In this document: positions 1 through 10,853 of the stretch, one piece after another
Position numbering within the stretch: the first letter of the stretch is position 1
How the letters are laid out: each line of letters starts with the position of its first letter
The notes under the pieces: generated by a model
Database searches by the model: none
Told to the model about the DNA's origin: nothing
The model's input: the letters and a program-made list of their open reading frames with translations, nothing else
Program-made: the position numbers and the translations under genes
Source: Gnetum montanum
Taxonomy: Eukaryota; Plantae; Gnetophyta
Direction: 5' to 3'
NCBI GenBank assembly: GCA_015680685.1
Contig: MNCI01000317.1
Coordinates: 287,790-351,789 of the forward strand
Length of the DNA stretch: 64,000 nt

Positions 1-924
1 AGAGGTAAGTTTAACTATATGAACTCTAAGAGATTGATTTTTACTAAAACACAAAAATTGTAACTTGTTACTGTTACATATAAATACAACCAAAGTTCAT
101 TTCTAAAATAGCTATCTTGCAAAAGGACTAGTATCTAAAGGTAAAGTGTAAGAATAGTAGAGATTCTTGCATCAACATATGAAGATACATATAACAATTA
201 TGATTTCTACTTTGTCAATGTGTTGATCATAACCAAAATGCTTACATTTGCTAATTAATTATTCATCTTAAACATGACAACACTAGCAATAATTTATCAA
301 AATTGTTAATATGTAAATTAGAGAGGCCACAAGAGCATTGAATATGTCCAAGCGTATAAACAATAGCTAAATTATAAACTGCTTTTATAATGATTTAATA
401 ATATATCATACATGCTAAAATAATAATAATAAAATTGACAATGTAAAGAACTTTATAAAAATCACTAAAATGTCAAAACTATAAAAATAGAAGATGCATC
501 CATAATGTTAGGATTGAATAGTTCAAGATAATGTGAACTTAAAATTATTATTACAAAGGTCATTAAAATTCTAACTGAGTAAACAAGATGACATGTTCAA
601 CCAAGGTAGTTGGAAATTTGTCACTAACTAATCAACAAGTATAAAGCTAGACAAAATGCCTCATATTTATATAATGTTAATGATAATGTTTTCATAAATA
701 GAAAATAAGATATTTATTGTGTACCTATCATTTGCATTAAATGATAACTTCTTTAAAGCACTTTCTTTTAGTGTCATTTTTCCCGTGGATTTCTTCATCT
801 TGGAAGGACTAATCCAACTAGACAACGTCTTTTTATGTAATAACCCATTGTGCATTTTAGAGAACTCATATTTTCCTTCTAAATAAGTAATATTTTCTTC
901 AAATTCAGTTACAGTTTACCTATC

Positions 925-1838
925 TAATGAGCGACGAGGTACCCCTAAGCCCAACCATACGAATCACAAAGTGGCCATGCACAATCCAGTCGAATTTCGT
1001 GGACTCTCTAGTTTCGGGTGCTCTAGTCTTCTAAAAAGTGAATCTTGCCCTAATGGTCGTTTGTTGTCTTCCCAATTACACTTGTGAGGCACATGGTATG
1101 GTTAAGTGTAGTTGAGATATATGATTTTTATTAATTTTTGTTTTATGTTCTTTGGTACTTAAATAGAGAGAGATGAAGTAATTTAATAACTAATTTAATT
1201 TAATTAACTAACTAATCTCTAACTATTCCTAACATAAGCATCCAATCCCACTTACCATAAACATCTTAAACCCACATATCCACTGTTGGGTTACCAAACA
1301 CTACACTACTGGGCACACCAAGTAATAATGCTACTAGGATTACCAAGCGAATATGTGTTATGCTCGAATCAGTCATACTTATGTATTTAATCTATCTAGC
1401 TTATCTCGCTTAATTAGCTTAATTACGAGAAAACATTAAATTAATAATTGAAAGCATTAAATGCATGAATGAAACATCTAAACCATCCAAAGTGCTGCAA
1501 GGTTTATCAAGAAGCTTGTCTTTATTGTTTTACACATTATCATGCTCAAATACAATAATGCTTGAATAAAGATCTATACACTCAATGACTCCTACTATGG
1601 GCATTTGAGAAAATATTCTAACTTTTGAATGGACAAACTACAAGAGCTCTGCTACTACTATTATTTTGATGTCATAAATGTGACTGGTGAGCATGTATTT
1701 ATAAGTCAAAATAGGCCCTACAACGACAGGGCCTAGTCGACATATGAAATAATGCATCAATGGGGCCTCATCAATAGGGCCCAGTTGATAGGCCCACATT
1801 AATAGGGTCTCATCGATGCAGCCAACCGCAACCCATTA
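925..1838 (-). repeat. 3' LTR of an older Athila-like gypsy element (subfamily B, CATCGATG/GTCGAC motif type)
   Basis: Starts TAATGAGCGACGAGGTACCCCT, homologous to the LTR starts at 1866, 9348 and 43432. Ends ...ACCCATTA (decayed CTCATCA) followed by TACCCTCATG, the reverse complement of the PPT CATGGGGGTA seen at 2431 and 59871. Its internal sequence resumes at 10163 after a nested insertion. Confidence 0.75.
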
Positions 1839-1865
1839 TACCCTCATGATTGAATGAGAACTCAT

Positions 1866-2430
1866 TGATGAGTGGCGAGGTACCCCTACACTCAACCATA
1901 CGAATATGAGCATTACACGCGCGATCCTGTCGAACTCCGCAAACGGACTAGTTGTGGCATCTAGACAGTTAGCCTTAGGTCGCAATTCGCTATCTTCCCA
2001 CCTAGACTAGTATTAGCTTTGTCATGTATGATTTAGTTGAGAGTGAGGTGTATGATGGGTTTCTAATCTAATGCTACTCTTGAAGGCAATGGAAAGTAAT
2101 ATTAACTAAGCTAGGAGAGAAGGGTGAGAGAATCTAAATTAGCCTAAGTGCGATGAGCATCCGTTCCTTGATTATNNNNNNNNNNNNNNNNNNNNNNNNN
2201 NNNNNNNNNNNNNNNNNNNNNNNNCGGGCATACACTGGGAGGAAAAGGGTTGAGAGAAAGAAATTAAAAACACTTAAACTAAAATTAACTTACTTCCTAA
2301 TGATGATAACTGATCTGTTTACCTCTTATTTATAGATGAGGAGACAGGTTGAGTATCACGTATGTAATATTGCAGTTGGGCTACGATATGGTGGATGCGA
2401 TATCACGGTCGCCCAAACGACGACTCATCA
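1866..2430 (-). repeat. 3' LTR of element 1866-10157 (contains N gap)
   Basis: TGATGAGTGG...GACTCATCA; aligns to 9348-10157 on both sides of the N run. Confidence 0.9.
2176..2224. other. Assembly gap (N run), probably undersized
   Basis: The sister LTR has about 300 bp where this copy has 49 N. Confidence 0.9.
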
Positions 2431-2599
2431 TACCCCCATGACTAAATGAAAACTTGTCCTCGAGTTACAGTGATTACACAGTGGATAGGTATGGGATTAC
2501 TGGATGGTGAAAATGGGGTTATGCCACAAAGTGAGATGAAAAAAAAAACAAAGACACCATACAAAGAATGTGCTACAATTAAAAAATTTGTGAAACTCA

Positions 2600-5373
2600 T
2601 GTAGTTCCTGGTGGTGGTGACTCCTCCATTGGTGCTTTCCCTTTGTCTTGTGCTCCAGGCTTTGAGACTTGATGGCGTTGAAGTATGGCCTAGAGTTTCT
2701 CCTCTTCAGTCTGAGGGTCTTGTACCATCCATGCTAATGTTCTGATGTTCGATGGAGTTGGTACCTCCCATGAATAGGGTAGTTGCAGAAACATTTGATT
2801 GGCCTTAACATACCAAGCTACAAACACCCGTCATTCCTCTTCGTAGGCTCTGGCTTTCTCGTTGTATTCTTGGAAATCTGCAAGTTGTCAAGCTAGATCT
2901 ATTACGACACCTTATTGTCCTTAGTAGCTTGCTTTCACCACCTCAAGTTCAGAATTTGCGATCTCTAATTTTTCCAATAACTTCTTGCGTTCTACAAATT
3001 CTACTTCATATTTGACATAGGTGGTAGCTACCTAATGCTCAAGCTCTATTCTCGGGTACCCTACTATTAACATGGCAAGGTTGGCATACCACAGGTTTTC
3101 CATCTCCATGTATTCTATTAGATCCTAAATCTGTAGGTCTTGGTTCTTAACTTCTGCTTGGTGGGCAAAGGCATATGTGTCCAATATGGCCTGCCAGTCA
3201 ATGTGTTGAGCATTGATAGCATTGATGTGGGCCTTGGCCATACGGATCTCCTTCTCAAGAATTTGTTTGTACATTCCCACCTAATCTCAAAAGTGCTCCT
3301 TTAGCTTTTTATGTCGTTTAGCCTCATTTTTCCATGCACTTATCTCAATAGCTTTCTTTTGACAGATTATGCATACCTCCTCTATCTAGAGGGTTCGATT
3401 CTCCCTGGCTAAACAACTTATGTCTTGGTTGACCTGGATTAATTGTTTTCGCAACTGATGGAAGTGTTCTTTAAGAACATTTTTTTACTTCTCAACAGTG
3501 GTCAACTAAAGGTTGTCAGCAACAAGCTTCTTATTTTCTTCTTGTGAGGCATTGAGTTCTTTAAGATGCACATGAGTTTGTGCCTATGCTACAGAGGCAT
3601 CCCAAAAAACCTTCTCTTTTTCTTCAACCACCTTTTTATTCTCCATTAATAGCTTGGTTATTTGCTCAGTTCTAAAATTGTCTAGCTAGTCTACAGGAAA
3701 AAATTGTAACAGATCCCACTATGCTGCTTGTAGGGCCACGAGCTGCTCTTGTAATTTCTTCACCTCTGCTTTAGCATGCTCAGCCATCACTTCTGTTAAA
3801 ACTAGCTTCCCCTTCGTAGAAATGAGGTATGAATGAATTGCAGTAACATCCTGAGGGATGTCAAACAGGGGCATCATTACTTGTCCTGTTTGTAGCAATT
3901 AATCAAGCGCATCCTCATGTTCCGCAAGAGTCATTGATGTTCCGGCCAAAGTTTGAGCATCTCCTGCTCCTGTGAGATCTGTCGGTTGTACAATAGGTAC
4001 ATTAAATGATTATTTGATGTGGCCTATGACCATGTCTATGGCTCCCGTGGCATCCTGGTGTTGCATGACCACCGTAGTGGCCCCTTCACTAGTTTCTAAT
4101 TACACTTGCAAAGATGTCGCGTTTCCTGAGATCTGTTGTGACTAAGTACTTTCCCCTCCTCTTGTATGAATAGACACTTCATCCCTTGTGCAATCCAAAG
4201 AAAATGTGGGCTGTATGACATCATCAATAACGTGGAAGAGATTTGTGTCATCAAGACTTCCCCAACTGACCGTCTCAATGATGACCTTAAGATGGCTCAT
4301 CGACAGTCTGTAGTCTTGCGGCGGTGGTGGCTGATCCTAGCCTGTGCTAGGCCTTTCTTCCTATTATTGGCTGGGTCCTATACTTGAAGGTTGGCTGGGT
4401 CCTACAAGTTGAGTTGCAATTGGTCTAGCCATATATTCTTCTTCTTCTTCTGGCCCCAACGTCTCACCAGTAATCTTCCTTGCGGCTAGTAGCTTTAACA
4501 GTTCAGCATATGAAGCATTTTTGGCTTTTTAGAGGACATCATTAGTATATCCTCGGATATCAGCACATCATCAAAGCTTTCTGATAAGATAAGGGAAGGG
4601 CAACACTATCTTCCCTGTCTTCCGTTCCTCGAACCGCCCCAGGATCTCCATTAAGTATAGATGGGAAAGGTTAGCATTAACCTTTCCCATCAGCATTACA
4701 CATCCTTTAGCCACATATGTTGATATTCTTTTTAAGCGCTTCATGGGGAAGAGGTGATAAGTTTCAATTTTGAAGTAAATCCTCTCCTTCATCCTCAACT
4801 CACCAAATGTCTTATCTCTGCCATACACCTTTTCCAACCAATCCTGTCATACATCGGGGTCTAAACGGGTGGATAATTGAGCAACCTTGGGCCCTGAATT
4901 CAGAAGGTTTAATACTTTCAAAATGGCCTACGCAAAGAAATTGACTGCCACACCAAAAATATTGATGGTGGTGCCTTGCTCCCTATTGTGCCAGAATTGG
5001 TACGTCTCCCCTAGGTACCAGGCACCGCTTTCGGAGAGGGTAGGCCATAAGGGAGACCCTTTGAGGTAATCCCTAACAGCATCAGGAGAAAACTCTACAA
5101 AAGATTCAAAGTTTAATTCCACAATCACCATAGTGAATGTGGACTTTTCGTGGATGGCCTGAACACAATCTTGGGGCAACGTGAGATGTTGTCCTTGTTC
5201 AGGCGCTGCAACAGCTCCTCCTTCTGCCTGCCCGGACTGTATGGTAGGAGGGTCCTCTTGATGAATACTGAATGATTGTTCCTCCTATTCTGCATGTTTT
5301 CTGGCAGGATCTTGTCTTCCACCTCTCCTAGGTCATTTACTTCCACCTTGAGCAGGACCTTCCTTTTGTCCAT
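2600..5373 (-). pseudogene. Athila extra ORF ('env-like'; ATHILA ORF-1 / putative plant transposon protein type domain followed by a long coiled-coil), frameshifted
   Basis: ORF pieces 5125-5373, 4928-5179 (WYLGETYQFWHN...INIFGVAVNF) and 4571-4837 (ending LPFPYLIRKL) stitch into one protein. Homologous pieces lie at 18201-18398, 58340-59700, 10163-10850 and 63215-64000. Confidence 0.7.
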
Positions 5374-5382
5374 GTTTCGGGG

Positions 5383-5439
5383 NNNNNNNNNNNNNNNNNN
5401 NNNNNNNNNNNNNNNNNNNNNNNNNNNNNNNNNNNNNNN
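5383..5439. other. Assembly gap (N run)
   Basis: Run of N characters. Confidence 0.95.
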
Positions 5440-5696
5440 AACTAATTACCCTTAATAATGTCCTTTGGGTGATGATAAATTCAAAAAAGGTTAGGCGCTA
5501 TTCAACAGGTGTCCCTCCCCCAAGACTAAGCTAAACACTCTGGGTTCAAGCAGGTTTAGATAGAATTAAAATTAAAGTACCAATGAGCGAGATATAAATA
5601 TGAAAGCAAGGGTCACGCAATCGCAAGTCGTAGAGAAAAAATTCAAAAACTCCCCCGTGTGAATGATGAGAAATGATGCTAAGTGTTGCAGGGTGA

Positions 5697-5796
5697 TCAC
5701 CTATTTATAGGTTTGGTGGGATGCAATATCATGTACGATACATCGCATACGCGATATCATGTCGGCCACGATATTGCGTATGTGATATCACAGCCC
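5697..5796 (-). promoter_or_regulatory. Putative internal promoter: array of CGCGATATCGCG-like palindromes followed by a TATA box
   Basis: Plus strand reads CTATTTATAGG (CCTATAAATAG on minus), then TGCAATATCATG, CGCGATATCATG, CACGATATTGCG and TGTGATATCACA. The LTR has the same layout at 10061-10135. Confidence 0.5.
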
Positions 5797-7211
5797 TAGT
5801 GACATGAGGCACCAGAAAAATACCAAATTTTTTAAAGATTTTCCTAAAATCAACGTTGTAACTTAGGACATTGGGTTATTGTTAAGAGGTTCTAAGGTAA
5901 TTAGATGGTTTTGAAGGCACAAATAAGTATGATCTGTGGATTTTATCAATAAGGACCGTGGGTGGCAAAGAAAAAGGCTATGTGATGCTACATAGGAACG
6001 TTGATTCAGAGGGATAGTAACAATAGGGACAAAATGTTATGAAAAATAGGTTGAGGGTAAGAAATGGTGGGTGTGAGTTGTGTCATAAGTGAAGATTACA
6101 AAAAATTACACAAGTGGGTCCTCCCCAAAGTAGGTTCCAACCTTTAACGCCCTTGCGTAACCACACTTAAAGTGTTCGTGGGCACTAGAAGGGTTAAATG
6201 TAATCCACACTAATTCCACAAAACACACACATGTAATTATCACCAGAATGAGGTAAGAATTCTATGTTACACACGACACGAGCTAAAATTACACAAACAG
6301 TGAGATGAGACGAACTATAGAAATGGATTATAGAGATTGGGACATGAGGTAATTGACCCAGGGCACAGTGAATCCTGCATGTAAAGCATGATTAAGGTGT
6401 CATTACCCCATCGTTCCAAGATTAGAACCCAGTCCATTCCTCTAATCAATGACATCACATTGTTTCATCCCATGATGAGCAACTATGAGAGTACCATAAC
6501 AACAAGGCATACGATCACTTGGCATTTTATTCAAGGGAGGAGTGATTTTTATTTTGTGGCACTTTTTTTTTCTTTTTCTTTTTCTTCTTTCTTCTCTCCT
6601 CTTTTTTTTTTTGATTGCTGAATCCATAGAAGCCACCAACCTTCAGTCATGGATGCATGTCTTTCCAGTGGAACCCCCTAGAACAACATTGGATTTTTGA
6701 GTGCCTTTTTTATTACTCTTACTCCCATTTTTCGTTAGATCTACAAGGATCTTAGTACAACCACGTTGCATGATAACTCTCACAAATGTCACCAAAGAGA
6801 ATCTACAAGTCCCCTTGATGCCACACCTTAATCATTCCCTCTTGGTCCATCCTTCTTCATTCTAGGTATAATGAACACAAAATTAATTTTAAGTTTTTAG
6901 AATGTCAAGAATATCATTGTACCCTCTAACAGAACCTCTTATTTGTAAAATGGATGAGTGGGTGTAATGGGCTCACTATCCAAATAATTGATCACTCGAG
7001 ACTTGATGACATAGAACACACCTCAACCAAAAATCCACATGAGTGTTTTATTCATAGATGAGATTACTTATAAAAAACGTAAAAAGGAAAAAAAGACAAA
7101 AAGACAAAAAGATAAAAAAAATAAAACAAAAAAATGAAAAATGAAAAACTAGAAAACAAAAAGTTGTAAAATTAAAGAAAAATAAAAAGTGGTTATTAAT
7201 CTTGCTTGTTA

Positions 7212-9204
7212 TTAGAATGGGGGATATCCCCCATAACTAATTAGTTGATGATGGAAAGGATTAATAAATGGAAAATGAGGATCCTTGCATATTGGAAATA
7301 TTGGGACTTGGCCATACTTACCCCATCGGGGTTCACACACTTGATCATAGTAAGCATAGTAGGGAAATTTATACGATGTAGTTCCTAGATAATGAGTTGA
7401 CCCACTATGATATTTGGGACCATTAGATGGTATGCAAGGATAGGGTTGTCGCTCTCCATTCCTGTGTTCATTGGGCCTTATGGTTGTTGGAGTGTTAATT
7501 GGTGGCCCTGATGAAGTAACATGAGGCGTTGGGTTCAAAGATAAGGGTGCATCATAGTGTTGGACTTATGCTGAGTTAGAGGATGCAGTGGCCTTGGAAT
7601 TGTGTTGTCCCTTCCTAGGGTCATTTTTAAAGAAGGGACGCCTTAGATGTTGCTTAGATCTCTCACTGCTATTGGAAGTAGTAGCACAAGTAATGTTTGT
7701 GGGTTTTTGCTATGGTGCAGACACCTTAGGAATAGTTGGTGGTGACGTAGAAGGAGGGAAAGGATGAGAATGTTGAAACTGAGCTGAAGTGTAAGGTACA
7801 CACGGTGGTGGTTGTGTTGGAGAAGATATGGGCTGATAGTATTGAGGAGAATGATAATATGATGGTGAGATAGAGGATGTTGACCCAAATGGGGAAACAG
7901 GATGTTGAACAAGATAAGCATTTGGATTTGGATAATATGAAGGGTGTCTCCAGTTTAGGGATGGCTTCCCCCACAACTGGGATTGTTGCCACTGTGATCG
8001 AACACAGTATCTCCATACAAACTCTGGATGTAACATGTTTCTCCAATGCTCATATAGATGTAACAAGATTAGGCATTGGCCCTTGGGGTGATCGTACAGG
8101 CAAATGTTGCATTCATACGTATGATTGGCAGTTAAGTTCTTATTCTCTTCTACCCTTCTTTTTGATTATCTACTGATACTTTGTCCTGCTTCTTGGGTTG
8201 TCGAAACTCTATCTCCAATGAGATCGATATATTCTCCACACTTTTTATACGTCCATTCCAACATCTTATTGATCTTTGCCTTGACTTCTTCTACCGATTG
8301 TTGTATCAGTAAAGATGGTTCTTTCTCCTTGTGATAGGTTTATTTCTTGTTTTTATGATCATGGACCTTTGTTAAGTTGAGACTTTGGTCCCGTTGATGT
8401 TTTTCAACACTCTCCCATCTAGTCATTTCTCCTTCTTCTTTTGCTACCCACTTAATAAGCTCTTGGACTTGATGGGTTCGTAGTTCGTATAGTTGACCTT
8501 GGGCATGCATCCCTAGGGTTTCTCTTGTTGCATCACGAAGCCCATAAATAATATGGTACATTAGCCTATCCTCGGAAAACCCATGGCATGGACAGTTGTT
8601 TAACAGTGCATAATATCTTTCTAAGGCCATGTCCAAGGGTTCATGTTTTGCTTGTTTTCACTCTTGGATTTTTTTCCTCAAGGCTGACACTCTTGTGTAG
8701 GTTTGATATCTTTCATTAAAGAGTTCTACCATTGTTGGCCAATGTTGTATTAAATTTGGTTTTAACGATCTATACCATACTTTTACTTGGTCAATGAGTG
8801 TCATAGGAAAGAATTGAAGTTTTTTCCATCCGTTATCAAAGTTGTTCCATGTACAGACATCATAGAAGGCTTGTAAATGTTGTTGCAGATATAAGTCATA
8901 GCCTCCTGAGAAATGAAAAAAGTTGTTTAAATCGAGCCTGGGTAGACGGCTCTCTTTACGATGCCTACGGGAGATTTGAACAACCTCTTATATTTGCGTT
9001 AGGCTTGTAGTGGCTAGTGGGGGTTCATCGTCATCACATAAGTTATGCTTTCATACGTTGGAATGACATTGCTTTCGTTTAAGTTTATAAGAAACCCCCA
9101 CCTCGGGTTGTGTACTCCAATTTTCATTGTCATATAACTCGTTGGTTATCCAATGAACGTCCTCACTAGGTGTGGCATTATTATAATCTTGTAGGAGAGG
9201 CATG
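7212..9204 (-). pseudogene. Athila-like gag with Pro/Tyr-rich extension, disrupted
   Basis: ORF 8340-8636 (ALERYYALLNNCPCHGFSEDRLMYHIIYGL) matches the gypsy retrotransposon gag motif ER..LL..CPHHG. It lies just downstream of the PBS. Confidence 0.75.
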
Positions 9205-9328
9205 GTTATGAAATTGTGTGTGAATTTATATGTGACTTTTTTGTAATTATTTTTTTTCGTAAAAGATATATCGTTAAGTCCTTTACGGTGACCTTGTATG
9301 ATATAACTAATCTAAATAACTAGCATCG

Positions 9329-9346
9329 TCCCCGGAAATGGCACCA
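9329..9346 (-). other. Primer binding site, tRNA-Asp type (Athila)
   Basis: Minus strand TGGTGCCATTTCCGGGGA versus canonical TGGCGCCGTTGCCGGGGA, 1 nt from the LTR. Confidence 0.85.
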
Positions 9347-9347
9347 A

Positions 9348-10157
9348 TGATGAGTGGCAAGGTACCCCTACACTCAACGATACGAATATGAGCGTTACAC
9401 TTGCGATCTGGTTGAACTCCACAGACAGACTAGTTGTGGCATCTAGATAGTTAACCTTAGGTCGTAGTTCACTGTCCTCCCACCTAGACTAGTATTAGCT
9501 TTGTCACGTATGGTTTAGTCAAGAGTGATGTGTATGATGGGTTTCTAATCTAATGCTACTCCTGAAGGTAATGGAAAGTAATATTAATTAATCTAGGAGA
9601 GAAGGATGAGAGAATCTAAACTAGACTAAGTGCGATCAGCATTTGTTCCTTGATTATCCATACACATCTTGGAATTCATGCATGACTACCACTGGGATTA
9701 CCAAGCACAGATCCTAGGTATGCTACTGGGTTACCAAGTAGTCATACTTAAATGCTCGTAATCAAGTCGTATTCATTCCACGTTTAATAGGAGTTTAAGG
9801 GTGAGAGAGATTAATTAGGAAAGTAGTAAATAACAATTAATTAAATGATTAAGCTAAGTGAATGTTGCAATGATGAAGTAATCTCGATCTTTATTTCCAG
9901 TCATGTGCATGTCCAAGTACGTCACACTCGAATAAAGGATGTCGTACAATTACAATCACCACACTGTGGGCATACACTAGGAGGAAAAGGGTTGAGAGAA
10001 AGAAATTAAAACACTTAAACTAAACTAACTTACTTCCTAATGATGATAATTAATCTGTCTACCTCTTATTTATAGATGAGAAGAGAGACTACAATATCAC
10101 GTATGCAATATCACAGTTGGGCTGTGATATTGCGGTTCTCCAAATGATGACTCATCA
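9348..10157 (-). repeat. 5' LTR of element 1866-10157 (810 bp)
   Basis: TGATGAG...CTCATCA terminal inverted repeat, adjacent to the PBS. Confidence 0.9.
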
Positions 10158-10162
10158 CTCGT

Positions 10163-10850
10163 GCTCGAGTTTCTTTACAAAATTGAGAAGGTATGGGATT
10201 ATTGACTAACAAAAGACTTAACAAATTGACTTGACAAAATTGAGTGCCCAAGTGTACAAATCAACACATTACAAAAATTATGATGTTCATGACATAAGAT
10301 TGAACACCATGATATGACTCTACAAAAAAATTGGATAGTACTTCCTCTAATGGTATGAAGTCAGTTGAGAAGATCAAATAGTTCAAGATGATGGAGGTTC
10401 CTGAGGCTTTGAAGGACCTTTACTAGCTTTAGGCATGTGCGGCGGCTGAGGCAAATATGGCTATCCTACTACTACTATAACTTCTAGTAGGAGGCAAAAA
10501 GCATCTAGCAATGCTTTCATTTTCTTCTTCTTACTCCTGGGATCATGCACAGTCCACGTAGCTTGACTAATGTGGGCCAAAATCGGCACATCTTAAGAAT
10601 AGGGAATCACTAGGAATAGCTCCTTAGCATTGATAAACTAGGCAGTGAACTATTTGTGCTTGATATCAAACACTCTAACTACATCTTTCAGCTCCTAGTA
10701 ATCATTCATTCTCTTAGCCAAGTTCTTAGCAGTTGATCATTGATTAGTGAATTATGCTCTAAGAATTTCAAGTTTAGCATTTGTTGTCTCAAGCTTTTTC
10801 TTGATGTCCTTATGGTGCTTGAACTCAACCTCGTATAGCAAGTATGAGCA
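10163..10850 (-). pseudogene. 3' tail of the extra ORF of the older Athila element that owns LTR 925-1838
   Basis: 10780-10850 matches 63240-63310 and the reverse complement of 59220-59300 (YLLYKAKVKHHKEIKQKLE-type coiled-coil). Confidence 0.65.
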
Positions 10851-10853
10851 ATT

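Larger units (their letters stand above)
1866..10157 (-). mobile_element. Athila-like Ty3/gypsy LTR retrotransposon (subfamily A): gag plus extra ORF, no visible pol
   Basis: Near-identical LTRs at 1866-2430 and 9348-10157 with TG...CA ends. 5-bp TSD CTCAT (1861-1865) / CTCGT (10158-10162). tRNA-Asp PBS at 9329-9346 and PPT at 2431-2440. Gag and extra-ORF remnants on the minus strand. Confidence 0.9.

Noticed and set aside
9329-9346. tRNA genes at the PBS-like sites (also 14946, 32454, 43413)
   Set aside because: Only 17-18 nt complementary to tRNA 3' ends next to LTRs, with no cloverleaf.
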